From positions 128,001 to 192,000 of the forward strand of contig JBFWVL010000001.1 of NCBI GenBank assembly GCA_050246755.1: 64,000 nt of DNA, read 5' to 3'. The stretch comes from Bacteriovoracia bacterium (GTDB taxonomy: Bacteria > Bdellovibrionota > UBA1018 > CAIPTA01). Shown piece by piece: positions 20,466-29,235 of this stretch (positions within the stretch are counted from its first letter, which is position 1; every line of letters begins with the position of its first letter). The notes beneath the pieces were generated by a model. That model was not told the origin of the DNA, made no database searches, and saw only the letters and a program-made list of their open reading frames with translations. The position numbers and the translations under genes were made by a program.

Positions 20466-20966
20466 CTAATCCCCGATCCCCTGAGCAACTGCTTCTGACA
20501 CCAAAAGCTCTCCCTTTACCTCACTCAACACAAATCGATAAAAATAGCCGCCGCCACTACGATACTTCTTCGATCCACCCACCAATATGTTTTTCTCAGC
20601 CTGCCAACATAGAAAATCAATCCCAATTACAATGACGCCCTTACCAGCATCAGGAATTGACGAATATCCACCTGCATAAAAAGTCTGGCCTTTAAACTTC
20701 TTAGATAACCTAGAAACGTAGAGATGCTCATCTGCATTTTTCTCTAGAGTACGATCAACAAGACCTATTTTTTTTATTTCAGTGGGCAAATTTTCAGCCA
20801 ACCAAAAAAAAACTTTCTCTTTCGCCTGGCTTTCAAGCCGAAATCTAACCGACGGCTTAACCTTTAAATCATTGACCTTTAAACACCCAGCATGGCCAGT
20901 AACACTGCATAAAAACAAAAGAAAAATAGCAAAATATTTTTTATACCAATTAACCATAAATGACAT
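20466..20966 (-). CDS. Small secreted hypothetical protein (candidate cognate partner or inhibitor of the upstream protease)
   Basis: GAGGG RBS; signal peptide ending GHA; 2 Cys in the mature part; two further paralogous copies downstream. Confidence 0.75.
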   Translation of the reverse strand: MSFMVNWYKKYFAIFLLFLCSVTGHAGCLKVNDLKVKPSVRFRLESQAKEKVFFWLAENLPTEIKKIGLVDRTLEKNADEHLYVSRLSKKFKGQTFYAGGYSSIPDAGKGVIVIGIDFLCWQAEKNILVGGSKKYRSGGGYFYRFVLSEVKGELLVSEAVAQGIGD

Positions 20967-21016
20967 ATTACCCTCAATGACAACATCACGGTAATAAATT
21001 AAGTATGGATCACCAA

Positions 21017-24000
21017 CTATGGAACGGAAAAATTAATTTCTGCGCTTCGCCCTACTTCTTTTTCCAGCTCAGCCCCCTGAGACCTCGCGTTAGCAATTCG
21101 CCTAGATAAAATTAGAATCTGGCTCTCTATTTCCAACCGCCTATCAGGATCATTTTCATCTCTTAATCTCGACCGAAGATCAAATATATCTTGCCGCCAA
21201 GAAGCAATCGCAGACCTTAGTGCAAACCAAGGACGCTTAGGCACAAGACTCACATTCACCTGCCATCTATGACTTCCCGACACAAGCCTGAATGACTCTG
21301 CCTCTAGATATCGCTCATGATGCTTAGGTTCGACCCTAGTCCCGTCATAAAATACATTATAAACAAACATATATTCGGGATTTTCGGGAGACTTGACGAA
21401 ATCCGCCCTCAGCCTATTTCGTCCTCCTACAATATTACCTCCATCAGTATCGAGAACCACGAAAGGGCTCGGATCCTCCAATACTGGCGGCTCTAAAGCA
21501 CTTAGCCTAACAAAGGCACCAGCAATTTGTTTTCCAATTTCATGCTTACCAGCATCCAAATAGGAGTCAGCCAGAAATGAATCTACAAGCAGGCTCGACG
21601 CAAGTGGTGCCAATTGTTTACTTAGTATCTGTTTAGCTAATGAAATTTTCCGCGCCAAAACAGCAGCCCGCAATCTAGATATCTCCGCTGACAACTTTGC
21701 TCGTCCAGAGATTGCATTAACAATAAAAGCTCGATCTGGAATGTATTTAACCTCTTCATCTATTAAATCAGCTGGTATAACCACCGAGCCTAATTTAACT
21801 TTTCCATTTAAGTTATCTCGAAAAATATCTACGAATACGCCATTCGCAGTGACAGGAACAGTAAATTCCAACTCAGGCGAACCCCCAGGGAGGTTGATAT
21901 CCTCCTTTGCCGCAAATCTCGAAGATGAAATTAATTCATTGGAAATAGTCTTTAACTCAACGAGGTATTCCCCGTCGGAGTTGCTAGGAACTTCGCGATT
22001 TGAATATAAAACATACGTGCTAAACCTATTAAATACGTTTTGACTAATATTTCCTGAAATCAGAATTTGGCTCCCAGGAAAGTTCATGGTCACTTTTTGC
22101 GGACCTGGTATATTTCTTCTAAAGACCTGCACATAATCATTATAAGAAAACCAAAAAGGATTGGGGTCTATATATGGCTGAGCTGGGTCAATGCTATATT
22201 CATTCGACTGCCCTTGCATCATTACATCAATTTGGGCAAGCCTTTTTCCGCGACCTATCTCAATTGGTATAGAAAAATCATAGTTAGAATACCCCTCAAA
22301 TCTAGCTTGGGGATTAAGTGGATCAATAATTCGAGGAGCATGCCATCCCTCTTCGCCGGAGGGTGGCGAGCAGCCGGTTCTACTATCGAATCTAATACAA
22401 AAAGTGTGCCCCAGCTCATGCGCCAAACTTTTAATCAAACCACTCTGCACATGAAAAGCAGGCTCATCAAAGTTGGCCAGTCCAACCGAGTCATGAAGTT
22501 CGTGCGGCGAAGGAAACTTCTGATGAAAGTAGTTATTGGAAACAATCCCAACAAGATGAGTGATCGTCGTATCATTATAAAATTCAGTGGAATTTTCTTT
22601 ATCTACTAGCGCTTTAAGAATATTTCGATCATTTTGAATATCTAACACATCTCCCGTACCCCATACTTTTCCAATTAAAAAATCTCTAGTGAAATCTGTG
22701 TCCGCAGCCGGATAAAGTTGCTTCAAATATGGAAATCCGCCAAAAATGGAAGTCTCATAGGAAAATTCATCTGGCACCTTTGGCTCCGGACCCTTCTCAA
22801 AGCCAGTTCTAACAAAGCCGAGATGAAGGGGCTTTGTTTTTCTAACTCTGACAATAATTTTTCTTTCGGAAATAATTCCGTTTTCTGAATTCCTTAAAAC
22901 GACGTGCATTGTCTTGTTAAGACCGAGAAATGCGCTAGTGGCTGGAACAGGATTTATCTCAAATGTGACGGTTGAACTCCCGCTTTCATCTGTGATTACT
23001 GGATTTGGATGTAAAGTGATCCCATTCCATTCCATGGTCGATTTTGCAATATCGACAGCGGCATTTATTCCCGAAACCACTACATCAGCATTCTTTCCTG
23101 CCACCAGATCTACCTCTTGACCATTACAGAAAGATGTATACTGGCCGGAGCAAAGATTTGGATTTTCAACCACTTGAAACACCGAATACTCACCGGGATA
23201 AGGCTTCACATAATAGGCCGAGTAACCAGAATGGTTTGGATTTGAAGAATGGAGTCGAAATGCGGCTTCACCTTTATTATTGAAAGCACCGGCGTAGAAG
23301 GCAATGCTTAGAAAAGCTTCTGTATTTTCTGATATTGCTTTTGGATTAGCCAACATTATCGGATCTCTACCGAGCGCAAAATTGTAGAGTGCGGGTCCGT
23401 TGAAAGCACTAGCAGAAGTCGCTACTTCGTCGTTATCGTTGATTGAAAAATCATGAAGATCACACGGGAAATCGGGGTTGAGATAGCCAAATCCGGTAAA
23501 AGGAGAACTTAGGCTATCTACGTCTTCCCTCGCGTATGTTCTAGCAAGTTCTTCCACAAATCTATTTCCGGCTGAATACCTGGAAAGCAAAAGAAACTGC
23601 TGTCTTGTTGCTCCAATCATCCTAGTGCCAGAAAAAACAACAGATCCCTTGGAATTAATATCAGCACCTCCAAGGCAAATATTATCAAAATGAATTGAAC
23701 CCAAATTGGTAGGAATGGCCTCAAGAAAATTCGCCGAATTCCTAACTACTATCTCGTCAGTATTTCCCGTTCTTCTCTTATACATGAGCCAGCCATTGTC
23801 TTTCACAATAGGTTCGCCGACTATAGTCGCTGGGCGTGCGCCTTGATCCACAAACTCTAGACCGTTACCAGACGAAAAATAGATAGCGGTGGTTCGATAG
23901 CCTGCATCACTAGGATGTAAATCAACTAAAAAAGCCTGCGCAGAACCGGAGGGAGACACACTATGACCGCGAATTGCTTGAACTCTCAAATTATTTCCAG

Positions 24001-24439
24001 CAGCACCAGCGTCAACCAAGGTCTCATAATAGAGCTGTGCACTAGGCGAACTACCATTGTTTGTGAACGAGTAGACACCCCTTCCCCATCCATCTGGTGC
24101 GGTCGGAATTCCTACGGTAGGTGTAGTTATTCCATAAAATGTTCCATTGTCATCAAATGAAAGGCTCGGCAAAAAACTATTACTAAATCCAATTATCGGA
24201 ACGGGCGTCGTAAGAGGAAATTCACTCCCAATATAAAGGAGTTCATTGGCAGAATTTACGGCAACTTGACCACCATTATTTAAAGCAGGCGTTCCGTCTC
24301 TATTCTGAAATGCCGAAATCTCTTTTCCATTATATTCTAACCGAGTTCCGGGAAGCACGAGTTCAGTTTTATAGGCGTAGAATGGAGCTGCTGTCGCGCA
24401 TAGAGGAAGAAGCGCTACAAGAAAGAATACTCCTCTCAT
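21017..24439 (-). CDS. Large secreted protein: NxxGxxxF-repeat beta-propeller + HExxH metalloprotease + beta domain + helical bundle + module X
   Basis: Likely start MRGVFF at 24439 (ATGA overlap, GGGAGGGG RBS); repeats LNNGGQVAV, INSKGSVVF, INDNDEVAT, FNNKGEAAF; LVAGK; LAHELGHTF...WH...DVMM. Confidence 0.8.
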   Translation of the reverse strand: MRGVFFLVALLPLCATAAPFYAYKTELVLPGTRLEYNGKEISAFQNRDGTPALNNGGQVAVNSANELLYIGSEFPLTTPVPIIGFSNSFLPSLSFDDNGTFYGITTPTVGIPTAPDGWGRGVYSFTNNGSSPSAQLYYETLVDAGAAGNNLRVQAIRGHSVSPSGSAQAFLVDLHPSDAGYRTTAIYFSSGNGLEFVDQGARPATIVGEPIVKDNGWLMYKRRTGNTDEIVVRNSANFLEAIPTNLGSIHFDNICLGGADINSKGSVVFSGTRMIGATRQQFLLLSRYSAGNRFVEELARTYAREDVDSLSSPFTGFGYLNPDFPCDLHDFSINDNDEVATSASAFNGPALYNFALGRDPIMLANPKAISENTEAFLSIAFYAGAFNNKGEAAFRLHSSNPNHSGYSAYYVKPYPGEYSVFQVVENPNLCSGQYTSFCNGQEVDLVAGKNADVVVSGINAAVDIAKSTMEWNGITLHPNPVITDESGSSTVTFEINPVPATSAFLGLNKTMHVVLRNSENGIISERKIIVRVRKTKPLHLGFVRTGFEKGPEPKVPDEFSYETSIFGGFPYLKQLYPAADTDFTRDFLIGKVWGTGDVLDIQNDRNILKALVDKENSTEFYNDTTITHLVGIVSNNYFHQKFPSPHELHDSVGLANFDEPAFHVQSGLIKSLAHELGHTFCIRFDSRTGCSPPSGEEGWHAPRIIDPLNPQARFEGYSNYDFSIPIEIGRGKRLAQIDVMMQGQSNEYSIDPAQPYIDPNPFWFSYNDYVQVFRRNIPGPQKVTMNFPGSQILISGNISQNVFNRFSTYVLYSNREVPSNSDGEYLVELKTISNELISSSRFAAKEDINLPGGSPELEFTVPVTANGVFVDIFRDNLNGKVKLGSVVIPADLIDEEVKYIPDRAFIVNAISGRAKLSAEISRLRAAVLARKISLAKQILSKQLAPLASSLLVDSFLADSYLDAGKHEIGKQIAGAFVRLSALEPPVLEDPSPFVVLDTDGGNIVGGRNRLRADFVKSPENPEYMFVYNVFYDGTRVEPKHHERYLEAESFRLVSGSHRWQVNVSLVPKRPWFALRSAIASWRQDIFDLRSRLRDENDPDRRLEIESQILILSRRIANARSQGAELEKEVGRSAEINFSVP

Positions 24440-27315
24440 TTTCCCCTCCCAGCCGCACCGCAAGCATCAGCGAAATCAAGCGTACATGCCCGTTGCCACA
24501 ATCTCGTCTTCGTGAAATCGTCGCCGTCTTCGGAATACATATTTCCTAGCTCGTAACAAGCACCGCCGTCGCCGGGAGGCGCCCAGCAGGCGTTGGTCAG
24601 CAGCTGCCTCTTAGCTTCACGCTCGCCGTCATACGGAAGATCGAGCTTCTTTTTTGCCAGCGGTGGCGCTCCGCTAACATTCACCGTCACGAAGGTGAAT
24701 ACGAGGTTGCCATCGTTATCCACCACGGCGAGGTTAACTCCGTAAGTACCCGGTGTTTCGTACACGTGAGAAGCCACGGCCGTCGTCGTCTCCTCCGATC
24801 CATCGCCCCAGTTCCAGCTGTAGCTGGCAATGGTTCCATCATAGTCATAAGATTCCAAGCCGTTCACATTGAGCGTGAAGGGAGCAACGCCCGAGAGCGC
24901 GCCATTACGAATGATCGCTCTAGGGGCATGGCCCGCATTCACGTTGAATACTTCCATAAAAGCCCTCTGCGGCGGCGTGAAGCCAACACCCGAGGTCACC
25001 CCCATGCTCACAAAATAATTGCGCGCGAGCGGATAGGTATAGTTCACGAACTGCCCGTTCGCGATGCCTTGCCCGTCGGGATTTAGGAAATCCGAGAAGC
25101 GCCAGTTCCAGTTAATGATGGTCCCGCCGACATTGGGATTCACGGCGTAGCTTCCGTTGAAGCTCAAGGGTGTGCCAAGGAGGACTTCGCGAGGCGGCCC
25201 GACCACAAACTGATTCACGGGCGCCATGCTGCCGCTGATTCCCGGCTGCACAAGGATAATAGCCTCTCCTTCAGCTCCATAAGCATCTCTCGTGCGGAGA
25301 CGGACATTGTAGTTTCCGGAAGCATTGTAAGCGTGAGTGACTACTGGGTCGGTAGTCACGGTCTCGCCAAACGCATCGCCGAAATTCCAGCGGTACTGCA
25401 CGATTCCGTCCGAGTCGCTCGCCTCCGACGCGTCGAACGTTACGGTGCGGGGAAAAGATCCGAGCAGGCCACTCACCCGAAATTTTGCGGTAGGCATATC
25501 GGTATCCGTAATCACCACCGTGATATTGGCCGACGTGGTGGCGCCGAGGTTATCGGTGGCCGTGAAAGTGGCGTTATAAGTGCCGGTAGCTGGGTAGTTG
25601 TGCAGAATAAAGGCAGCGGCGGTATCAAACGTGCGTTCACGGGTTCCGTCGCCAAAATCCCACCACATGGATTCGATCGTTCCGTCGGGGTCGGTTACGC
25701 CGCCGACCGCCAATGCAAGAGCTAGCCTTACCTGGAAAGGTGCGCCAGGCGTTTTCTGGTTAACGAAGGGAGCAGCGCCCAGCACGGGAGGAAAGTTCGC
25801 CACTACCGACACGGGAATGGAAACAACGGTGCTAAGTGGAGGGGTGCCGTTATCAACAATGGTTACTTCGAGAGTGTCGGTACCTTCGTTCTCACCAGCC
25901 TGGAAACTAACAAGGCCAGCGGAAGAAACGGAGGCGGTTCCGTATGCGCTTTGCTTCGTCACGAAGAAAGAGCGCACCTGCCAGAAATCCGCGTCGGCCG
26001 AAGTGATTTGGCTGGTTCTCGTCGCATTGATCCCGGCGGTGATCGAAGGAGCGGATCCCGTGGGCGCGCGGTTAGCGGGGGCGCTCACTTCAACGACGGC
26101 AAGCGAAATATTGCCGGTCATGAAGGGAGTGGTGGTTTCCGCGATACGCATTTCCATCACGTAGTAGCCAGGAACGTCCGGCGTGAAACTGTAATTTACG
26201 TCCGTGCTCACGGGATCGGTATTGATCGCGAGCGCGGAACCGGTTGGTTTCGAGATCAAGCGCCACTCGAAGGCAAGGGGCTGGTCATTCACGTCGTGGG
26301 AATTAACCGCGGTTACTTGCGCCCCTTCTCCGAGAGCGATCGGGCTGGCCACGGCTTCGGCAATTCCGATCGGCGCGGTGGGTGGAATATAGGGCTCGGG
26401 AACGATTACGGTGTCGTTCGTGGCAAAAAACGCATTTTTACGAATTGCATTCTTCACGACTCCGCCCGAGGTAAAGCGAATCTCCACGTCTTTGCTGCCT
26501 TCGGTGGAAAACACGGGAGTATTGAGCGTGATGCTCGTGGAGCCAGAGCTCGTAACGGCCGTCGTAATGCCGCCAAGTTTTACTTCGGGGCTAGAACCAA
26601 AATTGGCGCCAGAGATCGTGATCGTGGTACCACCCGCGGCGGCCACGAGGTGGGGCGTTACGTCGGAAATTCTCGGGAAATCCGTTCCGGTCGTTTGCTC
26701 CACCACGTTGAACGAAATGCTTTCTTCGCCCACGGGGGATTTTAGGGAGGCGAGAGCGGCCACGAGCTGGTTCTTGAGCGAAACCTTCTCGTCGCGCTGG
26801 GCCGTAAGCTGGGCGATCTCGGTGGGGTCGGTCGCGGCCGCGATGGCGGCGTTTAGAGAAACAATATCGGCCTCGAGCGAAACGATCGCGTCGCGGATTT
26901 GCACGGCCTGGGCTTTGTCCTGGATAAACATCGAGGCCAGGAAGGTATGCGATTTGATTTCGGTTAAGGCGCCGGCATCATAGATCCACATCTCTTGGGA
27001 AGGATGCTCGAGAGCAACGGTGGCGCCATCGAATTTACCTTCGAGCAGCACTTCACTATCCGTAAATCCCGTATTGGGAATGAGGTAGAGGCTCACGTGA
27101 TCGCCCTGGGCGGGAGTATTCGAAGGAGACACGAATATTCGCACCAGGGGATCACTCAGCTTCTTGATCTTGAGAGTCCGGTCTCTCTTGGCTTTCTCCA
27201 TCTTGGCGATGAGAGTTTTTACCTTAATATTCGTTACCGAACCCTTTGCCGCAAAGGCGGCATCGGCGAAGTTTGCAACGCAGAGAGAGAGCACTAATAA
27301 AATGATTTTTTTCAT
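24436..27315 (-). CDS. Secreted adhesin-like protein: module X + IPT/TIG + Ig/cadherin-like + about 4 PKD + C-terminal Sel1-like repeat
   Basis: AAGGTTITISGANFG (IPT); WDFGDG, WNFGD, WNWGDG and SHVYETPGTY (PKD); AC...ACYELGNMY...RAC...AC (Sel1-like). Confidence 0.85.
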   Translation of the reverse strand: MKKIILLVLSLCVANFADAAFAAKGSVTNIKVKTLIAKMEKAKRDRTLKIKKLSDPLVRIFVSPSNTPAQGDHVSLYLIPNTGFTDSEVLLEGKFDGATVALEHPSQEMWIYDAGALTEIKSHTFLASMFIQDKAQAVQIRDAIVSLEADIVSLNAAIAAATDPTEIAQLTAQRDEKVSLKNQLVAALASLKSPVGEESISFNVVEQTTGTDFPRISDVTPHLVAAAGGTTITISGANFGSSPEVKLGGITTAVTSSGSTSITLNTPVFSTEGSKDVEIRFTSGGVVKNAIRKNAFFATNDTVIVPEPYIPPTAPIGIAEAVASPIALGEGAQVTAVNSHDVNDQPLAFEWRLISKPTGSALAINTDPVSTDVNYSFTPDVPGYYVMEMRIAETTTPFMTGNISLAVVEVSAPANRAPTGSAPSITAGINATRTSQITSADADFWQVRSFFVTKQSAYGTASVSSAGLVSFQAGENEGTDTLEVTIVDNGTPPLSTVVSIPVSVVANFPPVLGAAPFVNQKTPGAPFQVRLALALAVGGVTDPDGTIESMWWDFGDGTRERTFDTAAAFILHNYPATGTYNATFTATDNLGATTSANITVVITDTDMPTAKFRVSGLLGSFPRTVTFDASEASDSDGIVQYRWNFGDAFGETVTTDPVVTHAYNASGNYNVRLRTRDAYGAEGEAIILVQPGISGSMAPVNQFVVGPPREVLLGTPLSFNGSYAVNPNVGGTIINWNWRFSDFLNPDGQGIANGQFVNYTYPLARNYFVSMGVTSGVGFTPPQRAFMEVFNVNAGHAPRAIIRNGALSGVAPFTLNVNGLESYDYDGTIASYSWNWGDGSEETTTAVASHVYETPGTYGVNLAVVDNDGNLVFTFVTVNVSGAPPLAKKKLDLPYDGEREAKRQLLTNACWAPPGDGGACYELGNMYSEDGDDFTKTRLWQRACTLDFADACGAAGRGK

Positions 27316-27327
27316 GTCCGGGGTTCC

Positions 27328-27837
27328 TTAGTTCAAATTGGTAAAAGAAGAGAAATTGTAGGTCTCGCGGCCGATTCTATTTTTGAGGCCTTCTAGCTCC
27401 GCCTGGAGCCGCGTTTGGAGTTGGAGATTTTTATTGAGCTCGGCCTCAAGGGCGGCGAGGTCATCTGGGTCAGAGGTTTCGGCGATCTCGGCGCGGAGGC
27501 TTGCAATCGTTTGCTCTGTTACTTTTAGAGATTCAGAGAGGCGATCGGTTTGCCGGGCGTCGGCCAAGGAGATCAGAAAAGAAATCGCGTGGGCGCCGTT
27601 TCCTGGAACTTTAAATACCCAGAGGTCTTTGGCGGGATGCTCGAGGGTCGCAGGGTAGCCATCAAAGTTGGCGTCGAGCACCACGTAGGACTTTTCAAAA
27701 TTCGTGTTGGCGCGGATGAAGAGATTCACCTGCCCGTTCGCGGCCCGATTTTCCGAAATACTAAGAAAAGAACTGGTTTTTGGGCCGGCCAAGGCCGCAA
27801 AAGGCAAAAAGAGGCAAAGCAGTGCAATAAATTTCAT
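27328..27837 (-). CDS. Secreted protein consisting only of module X
   Basis: GAGGA RBS; signal peptide; FDG.PATLEHP..LW shared with the N-terminus of 24436..27315; helical hairpin with a central SDP. Confidence 0.8.
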   Translation of the reverse strand: MKFIALLCLFLPFAALAGPKTSSFLSISENRAANGQVNLFIRANTNFEKSYVVLDANFDGYPATLEHPAKDLWVFKVPGNGAHAISFLISLADARQTDRLSESLKVTEQTIASLRAEIAETSDPDDLAALEAELNKNLQLQTRLQAELEGLKNRIGRETYNFSSFTNLN

Positions 27838-27846
27838 ATTTTCCTC

Positions 27847-28839
27847 TTACTGGGCCGTGAGGGTGATGGATACGGGCTGGCCCACGGGGGTGCGAACCTC
27901 GGCGAGGTGCGCGCGCGTGGAATTGAGCAAAGCTTGATTGCGGTCGATCTCGGCCTGGATGGCGGCGATCTCGGTAGGGTTCGTGGTATTGCCAAGAGCG
28001 GTGGTCAGGCGAGTGATCTCGGCCACGTAGAAATTAATGGCGTCGTTGAGGGATTTGGCCTCTTTCTTGTTTTGTAGAAACAAGCTGGCCACGAACTCTT
28101 GGTCGCCCGCTACGAGGGGAGAAGTGGTCCCGTAGCTCTGGCTATCGGTGATGCGCGTGAGGGGGAGATCGGATCCGGCAAAAGAGGCCGAAACGTAGAA
28201 TTCGAAATTAGAATTCGTGGGTCCGTTTCTCGTGGTGAGAAGCACGGTGGCCTTTGCGCCAACGGCGTAGCTCGGCTGGTCGGCGCTCAGAATAAGATTA
28301 TAGGTGGGAGTTGGTACGGGGTGCGGCTGGTAGCCCGGAAGGATTTCGATTCCGTTCACGAGGGCGTCCCCCACTACGCTCGCGAAATTGAGGTTGATCA
28401 CGCCGGATGGATTGGCGTTTACGGTAAACTCCCTCACGGTGGCGATCCCGATGCCCCCGGTCGCGCCCACGATATCGAAGTTGGTTAAAACCTGGGAGCC
28501 ATTGATACCGATGTTGAAAATACGGGAGCCGCCCGTGGTGTGATAGAGCTCCGCGAAATGAAGGCGAACGAGGTGGGCTGCGCCGGCCTCGAGGCCAGGG
28601 ATCGCGTAGGAGAAGTTTCCGTAGCGGCAGGTTTGGTAAACGGCGAGCGGCGCGGGGTTCGTTACTTGGCTTGCGTTGATCGGGATGCCGGTGGTGTAAG
28701 GGGTTCCGCCGCTAAAGTACTGGTCGGCGGTATAGTTTCCATTCGCCACCACCGTGCCGGCACCGATTGCGATCGGAGAGTCGGCGTGAGCAAAAGTGCT
28801 GCAGAAGAAAAGAGCGAGCGCCAAGCAGGAACGGAACAT
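27847..28839 (-). CDS. Secreted malectin-domain protein with C-terminal module X
   Basis: YTADQYFSGG, VYQTCRYGNFSYAIP, VRLHFAELY, RIFNIGING, NFDI and LVNGIEI (malectin); GGAGGG RBS before ATG 28839. Confidence 0.88.
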   Translation of the reverse strand: MFRSCLALALFFCSTFAHADSPIAIGAGTVVANGNYTADQYFSGGTPYTTGIPINASQVTNPAPLAVYQTCRYGNFSYAIPGLEAGAAHLVRLHFAELYHTTGGSRIFNIGINGSQVLTNFDIVGATGGIGIATVREFTVNANPSGVINLNFASVVGDALVNGIEILPGYQPHPVPTPTYNLILSADQPSYAVGAKATVLLTTRNGPTNSNFEFYVSASFAGSDLPLTRITDSQSYGTTSPLVAGDQEFVASLFLQNKKEAKSLNDAINFYVAEITRLTTALGNTTNPTEIAAIQAEIDRNQALLNSTRAHLAEVRTPVGQPVSITLTAQ

Positions 28840-29183
28840 GAGCAACCCTCCATAGGTAGCAAAAATCACCAACCACCATGTTGGCGCACTCGACTTTCAG
28901 GCGAGATTTAAATTCGAAGGAGATAGGAACACGAAATAAACTAATCCGGCAATATCTTTTTTTTAGGCTAAAAGAGATTTAATATTCGTCCGAACTGGCT
29001 GCATTGCAACTAATGCGGCGAGAAATATACCGAAAAAAATTTACTTTTTTTCCCGTGAGAAATGATGATTTCTCGCTAGGCAGAGTGGCTGGTGTTTTTT
29101 CTAAAGAAACGAAGAAAAGACCGCACGCATTAAACTCGATGCGGCAGAATTCTTCCTACACGGTGAGAGGCGCGCGATAGCCG

Positions 29184-29221
29184 GAAAATAGAAAGGGCGG
29201 AGCAACTAGTGCCCCGCCCCC
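29184..29221 (-). terminator. Intrinsic terminator after the ArsR-SRPBCC operon
   Basis: Minus strand GGGCGGGGCA-CTAGT-TGCTCCGCCC followed by TTTCTATTTT. Confidence 0.7.
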
Positions 29222-29235
29222 GCTAAGTACAATCT

